This document shows, piece after piece, positions 56,824 through 58,829 of a DNA stretch of 58,829 nucleotides. How positions within the stretch are numbered: position 1 is the stretch's first letter; every line of letters starts with the position of its first letter. The DNA is from a virus. Taxonomy: Duplodnaviria; Caudoviricetes. Location: IMG/VR virus record IMGVR_UViG_3300037247_000927, positions 1-58,829 of that record; one strand, 5' to 3'. The notes below the pieces were generated by a model. That model was not told the origin of the DNA. It saw only the letters and a program-made list of their open reading frames with translations, and did no database searches. Position numbers and translations under genes: made by a program.

Positions 56824-57209
56824 TTTTCTTCTGCCTTTTCAGATTTCACGACTTCTTCTTGCAGTTCATCAAAGGCTTTATAGATCATCGCCACTGCCTT
56901 TTTTCCTTTATGCCAGTTACGATAACTTTCAAACGAGAGTTCACCTTCAGGGCGTGTTATAAGCCCTTTGGATATGCATAACTCAAGTGCTGTCAGAATC
57001 TTTTCCAGTCGTTCAACCTTCTCTTGTGGCCTGGGTGAGTATTGACCATACAACCAACTTAAAATAACCATACTGGTCGTGTTCATGACTATGCACAGTG
57101 CAGATGGTGTGATATAGGTATTTAAAATTACATTGAATATCCTTGCCCCAACACATTTTGGGTTACTGAGCCTCAACGCTTGAGCTTTTTCGATGTCAAA
57201 TAAATGCAT
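56820..57209 (-). CDS. HTH (XRE-like) DNA-binding protein
   Basis: ITPSALCIVMNTTSMVILSWLYGQYSPR. Confidence 0.55.
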   Translation of the reverse strand: MHLFDIEKAQALRLSNPKCVGARIFNVILNTYITPSALCIVMNTTSMVILSWLYGQYSPRPQEKVERLEKILTALELCISKGLITRPEGELSFESYRNWHKGKKAVAMIYKAFDELQEEVVKSEKAEEK

Positions 57210-57430
57210 TATCTTCTCCAGAATATTAATTTAATTTTGTCAAATATTTTTTCAAACCAGTTGATTTCTTTTTCCTCAAGGAATGAAAGGCCAAAAAATA
57301 TCAACAGGAACATGCTTGTCATGCTATGAATCAGGCTCGCTACCATCGGGAATACAAACCCAAGCGGGAGCGCAATGGCATTAAGGGACAAGAATATTGC
57401 GAATAACAATTTCCAATTGATCTCTTTCAT
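57209..57430 (-). CDS. Two-TM membrane protein
   Basis: Two hydrophobic helices. Confidence 0.65.
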   Translation of the reverse strand: MKEINWKLLFAIFLSLNAIALPLGFVFPMVASLIHSMTSMFLLIFFGLSFLEEKEINWFEKIFDKIKLIFWRR

Positions 57431-57490
57431 CTTTAATTTCCTTTGATTGTTGTATAGAATGAAGGCCGGAAACCAAAAGAGGAAACGACC

Positions 57491-57862
57491 ATGCCATGTG
57501 CAGGATGTGCGAAGAGATCAGCAGCAATGAGAAAAAGTTCACACCTTACGACATCAAACCTAAGCCGAATGGCAGCGTATAAATCAACAAAGCATCCGTA
57601 CATTGATGAAATCCAGGAGTTGCAGAAAGTATCTGAATCTATAAGTCGTGGATACTTCACCATTGAAGGCCTTAACGCAGCACTGCTTAAAACCAAAGAT
57701 TCAGTTTTGAACTCGGACATAAAGACAACTTTAAACATAAAAGCCTTTGCTGCAAAGATTGATGAATTTGTTGGCATTTCTGATCCCATTAATTCGGTTC
57801 AGGCTAATAAGATTACTGCTGCCATCACAGGTGTTCTTGTGACAGCAACAGAAATCCCTTAA
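57491..57862 (+). CDS. Hypothetical protein with N-terminal CxxC, on the opposite strand to its neighbours
   Basis: MPCAGCAKR; AAGAGG RBS; upstream TAGAAT. Confidence 0.6.
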   Translation: MPCAGCAKRSAAMRKSSHLTTSNLSRMAAYKSTKHPYIDEIQELQKVSESISRGYFTIEGLNAALLKTKDSVLNSDIKTTLNIKAFAAKIDEFVGISDPINSVQANKITAAITGVLVTATEIP

Positions 57863-57878
57863 CCACTATTTGTCATTC

Positions 57879-58526
57879 TCAAAAAGGGTCCTTTTCGGCT
57901 GGCTTTTTATCACCAACCTTTTTAGCTGGTTTTTTATCACCAACCTTTTTGGGCGACTTGATATCAACAACCTTTTCGGCTGGCTTTTTATCACCAACCT
58001 TTTTGGTTTCCGGATCAGGTTTATGCTCATCTGCTGGCGCGGGAACATCAACTTCTTCAGCCTCAAACAAGATGGAACTTTTCAGCTTGTGGAAGCAGTA
58101 GGCCAGAACTTCGTCTGACGGGTCCTGGATGTAACAAGAGAAGCTGGCATCCCATACACCTTTCTCGTTGGTGGGAGAGACTACAAAGCCCTTCAGGACT
58201 GCTCCCTCGGCTACCAGGCTGTCATTCTCATCAATCCGGACAGTAACGTGGTTCAACTCTTTATCAAGAGCGATTGATTTGATCCCGTACCAGCGCGGTA
58301 AATCTTTCTCATCCCAGAAAGAATCATCGAGGGCATTGGCAGAAGCTTCACCCCTGAACATTTCTTCAGTCTTGCCTGATCCCAGGGTAGAGAAGATTTC
58401 ATTGATGTGTTTAGTACCAAGGACTGCCGTGAGTTTCAGCGTCATACCTGAAGCCAGGTCCTGTGACTCATTGCCCTCTTTGTTCGTACCAAGTCCGGTT
58501 AACTTAACTTTTGATTTAAACTGCAT
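57879..58526 (-). CDS. Hypothetical protein with Lys-rich repeated C-terminal tail
   Basis: AGGAG RBS; KKVGDKKPA three times plus a variant; ends DPF. Confidence 0.75.
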   Translation of the reverse strand: MQFKSKVKLTGLGTNKEGNESQDLASGMTLKLTAVLGTKHINEIFSTLGSGKTEEMFRGEASANALDDSFWDEKDLPRWYGIKSIALDKELNHVTVRIDENDSLVAEGAVLKGFVVSPTNEKGVWDASFSCYIQDPSDEVLAYCFHKLKSSILFEAEEVDVPAPADEHKPDPETKKVGDKKPAEKVVDIKSPKKVGDKKPAKKVGDKKPAEKDPF

Positions 58527-58560
58527 TTTTTACTCCTGATTAAAAGAAAGCTCATGTGAG

Positions 58561-58829
58561 CTATTGCCGTGGCTTTATGCCGCGTTTGTACAACAACCTG
58601 TGTGTCCGTATAATTCCCGCACAAGCAAAGCGCCAGCGCATCGGGTCATCCTTACTCAAGCCGTCTATGTAGGTGTGGCACTCATAGCACCCGTAAGCCA
58701 TGTTCAGACCGTCAGCAATCCCATCAAATGACTTGTCCTTACCTTGACCGCCTATCGGGTAGAAGTGGCACGGCACAGTTGTTTCTGTGCGGTTCTTGCA
58801 TACTCCGCCGATCTGTAAGGTACAGTTTT
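58561..58829 (-). CDS. 3' part of the DUF1364/YbcO-like protein
   Basis: Same frame as the ATG at 167 when the ends are joined; ends ...YKRGIKPRQ*. Confidence 0.75.
   Translation of the reverse strand, partial: NCTLQIGGVCKNRTETTVPCHFYPIGGQGKDKSFDGIADGLNMAYGCYECHTYIDGLSKDDPMRWRFACAGIIRTHRLLYKRGIKPRQ
58703..58829. repeat. Second copy of the 127-bp terminal overlap
   Basis: Identical to 1-127. Confidence 0.95.

Noticed and set aside
57866-58118. Overlapping repeat-rich ORFs 57866-58066 and 57870-58118
   Set aside because: Shadow frames of the Lys-rich repeat in 57879-58526, like most antisense ORFs in the track
1-58829. Alternative genetic code or tRNA genes
   Set aside because: Standard-code ORFs tile the genome with coupled TAA, TGA and TAG stops; no cloverleaf with a T-loop consensus was found by eye (tRNAscan not run)

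Overview
This is a complete, circularly assembled ~58.7-kb tailed dsDNA phage genome with a podovirus-like structural gene set. The last 127 nt repeat the first 127 nt, and one gene reads across that join. There are four main blocks. (1) A leftward recombination/accessory block (SSB-like, PD-(D/E)xK nuclease, UvrD-like helicase, NinB-like, peptide deformylase). (2) A control region at 7.5-8.5 kb followed by a rightward replication operon (DHH phosphoesterase, SMC-like ATPase, Toprim protein, primase-helicase, RuvC-like resolvase, probable TerS). (3) A leftward early operon (16.4-24.6 kb) driven by a consensus sigma70 promoter. (4) A rightward late operon (TerL, portal, fibres, scaffold, capsid, adaptors, a split nozzle gene, ejection proteins, lysis genes). 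I found no integrase, clear CI repressor, ParA/ParB, DNA polymerase, tRNA or CRISPR array. Sigma70, IHF, CsrA-type and parS signals suggest a proteobacterial host (inference). The top candidate new system is an ORF-less promoter-to-terminator unit (~7817-7934, + strand). Its seed CCUCUUAUCC is complementary to an extended ribosome-binding motif, GGATAAGAGG, repeated in front of at least 7 leftward genes, and the variant copies differ only by G-U-compatible changes. The adjacent half of the seed also matches the leader of the rightward operon. This points to a multi-target phage sRNA switch, in a genome that also carries an orphan chromosomal-type parS site. All family calls come from motif recognition by eye, not database searches.
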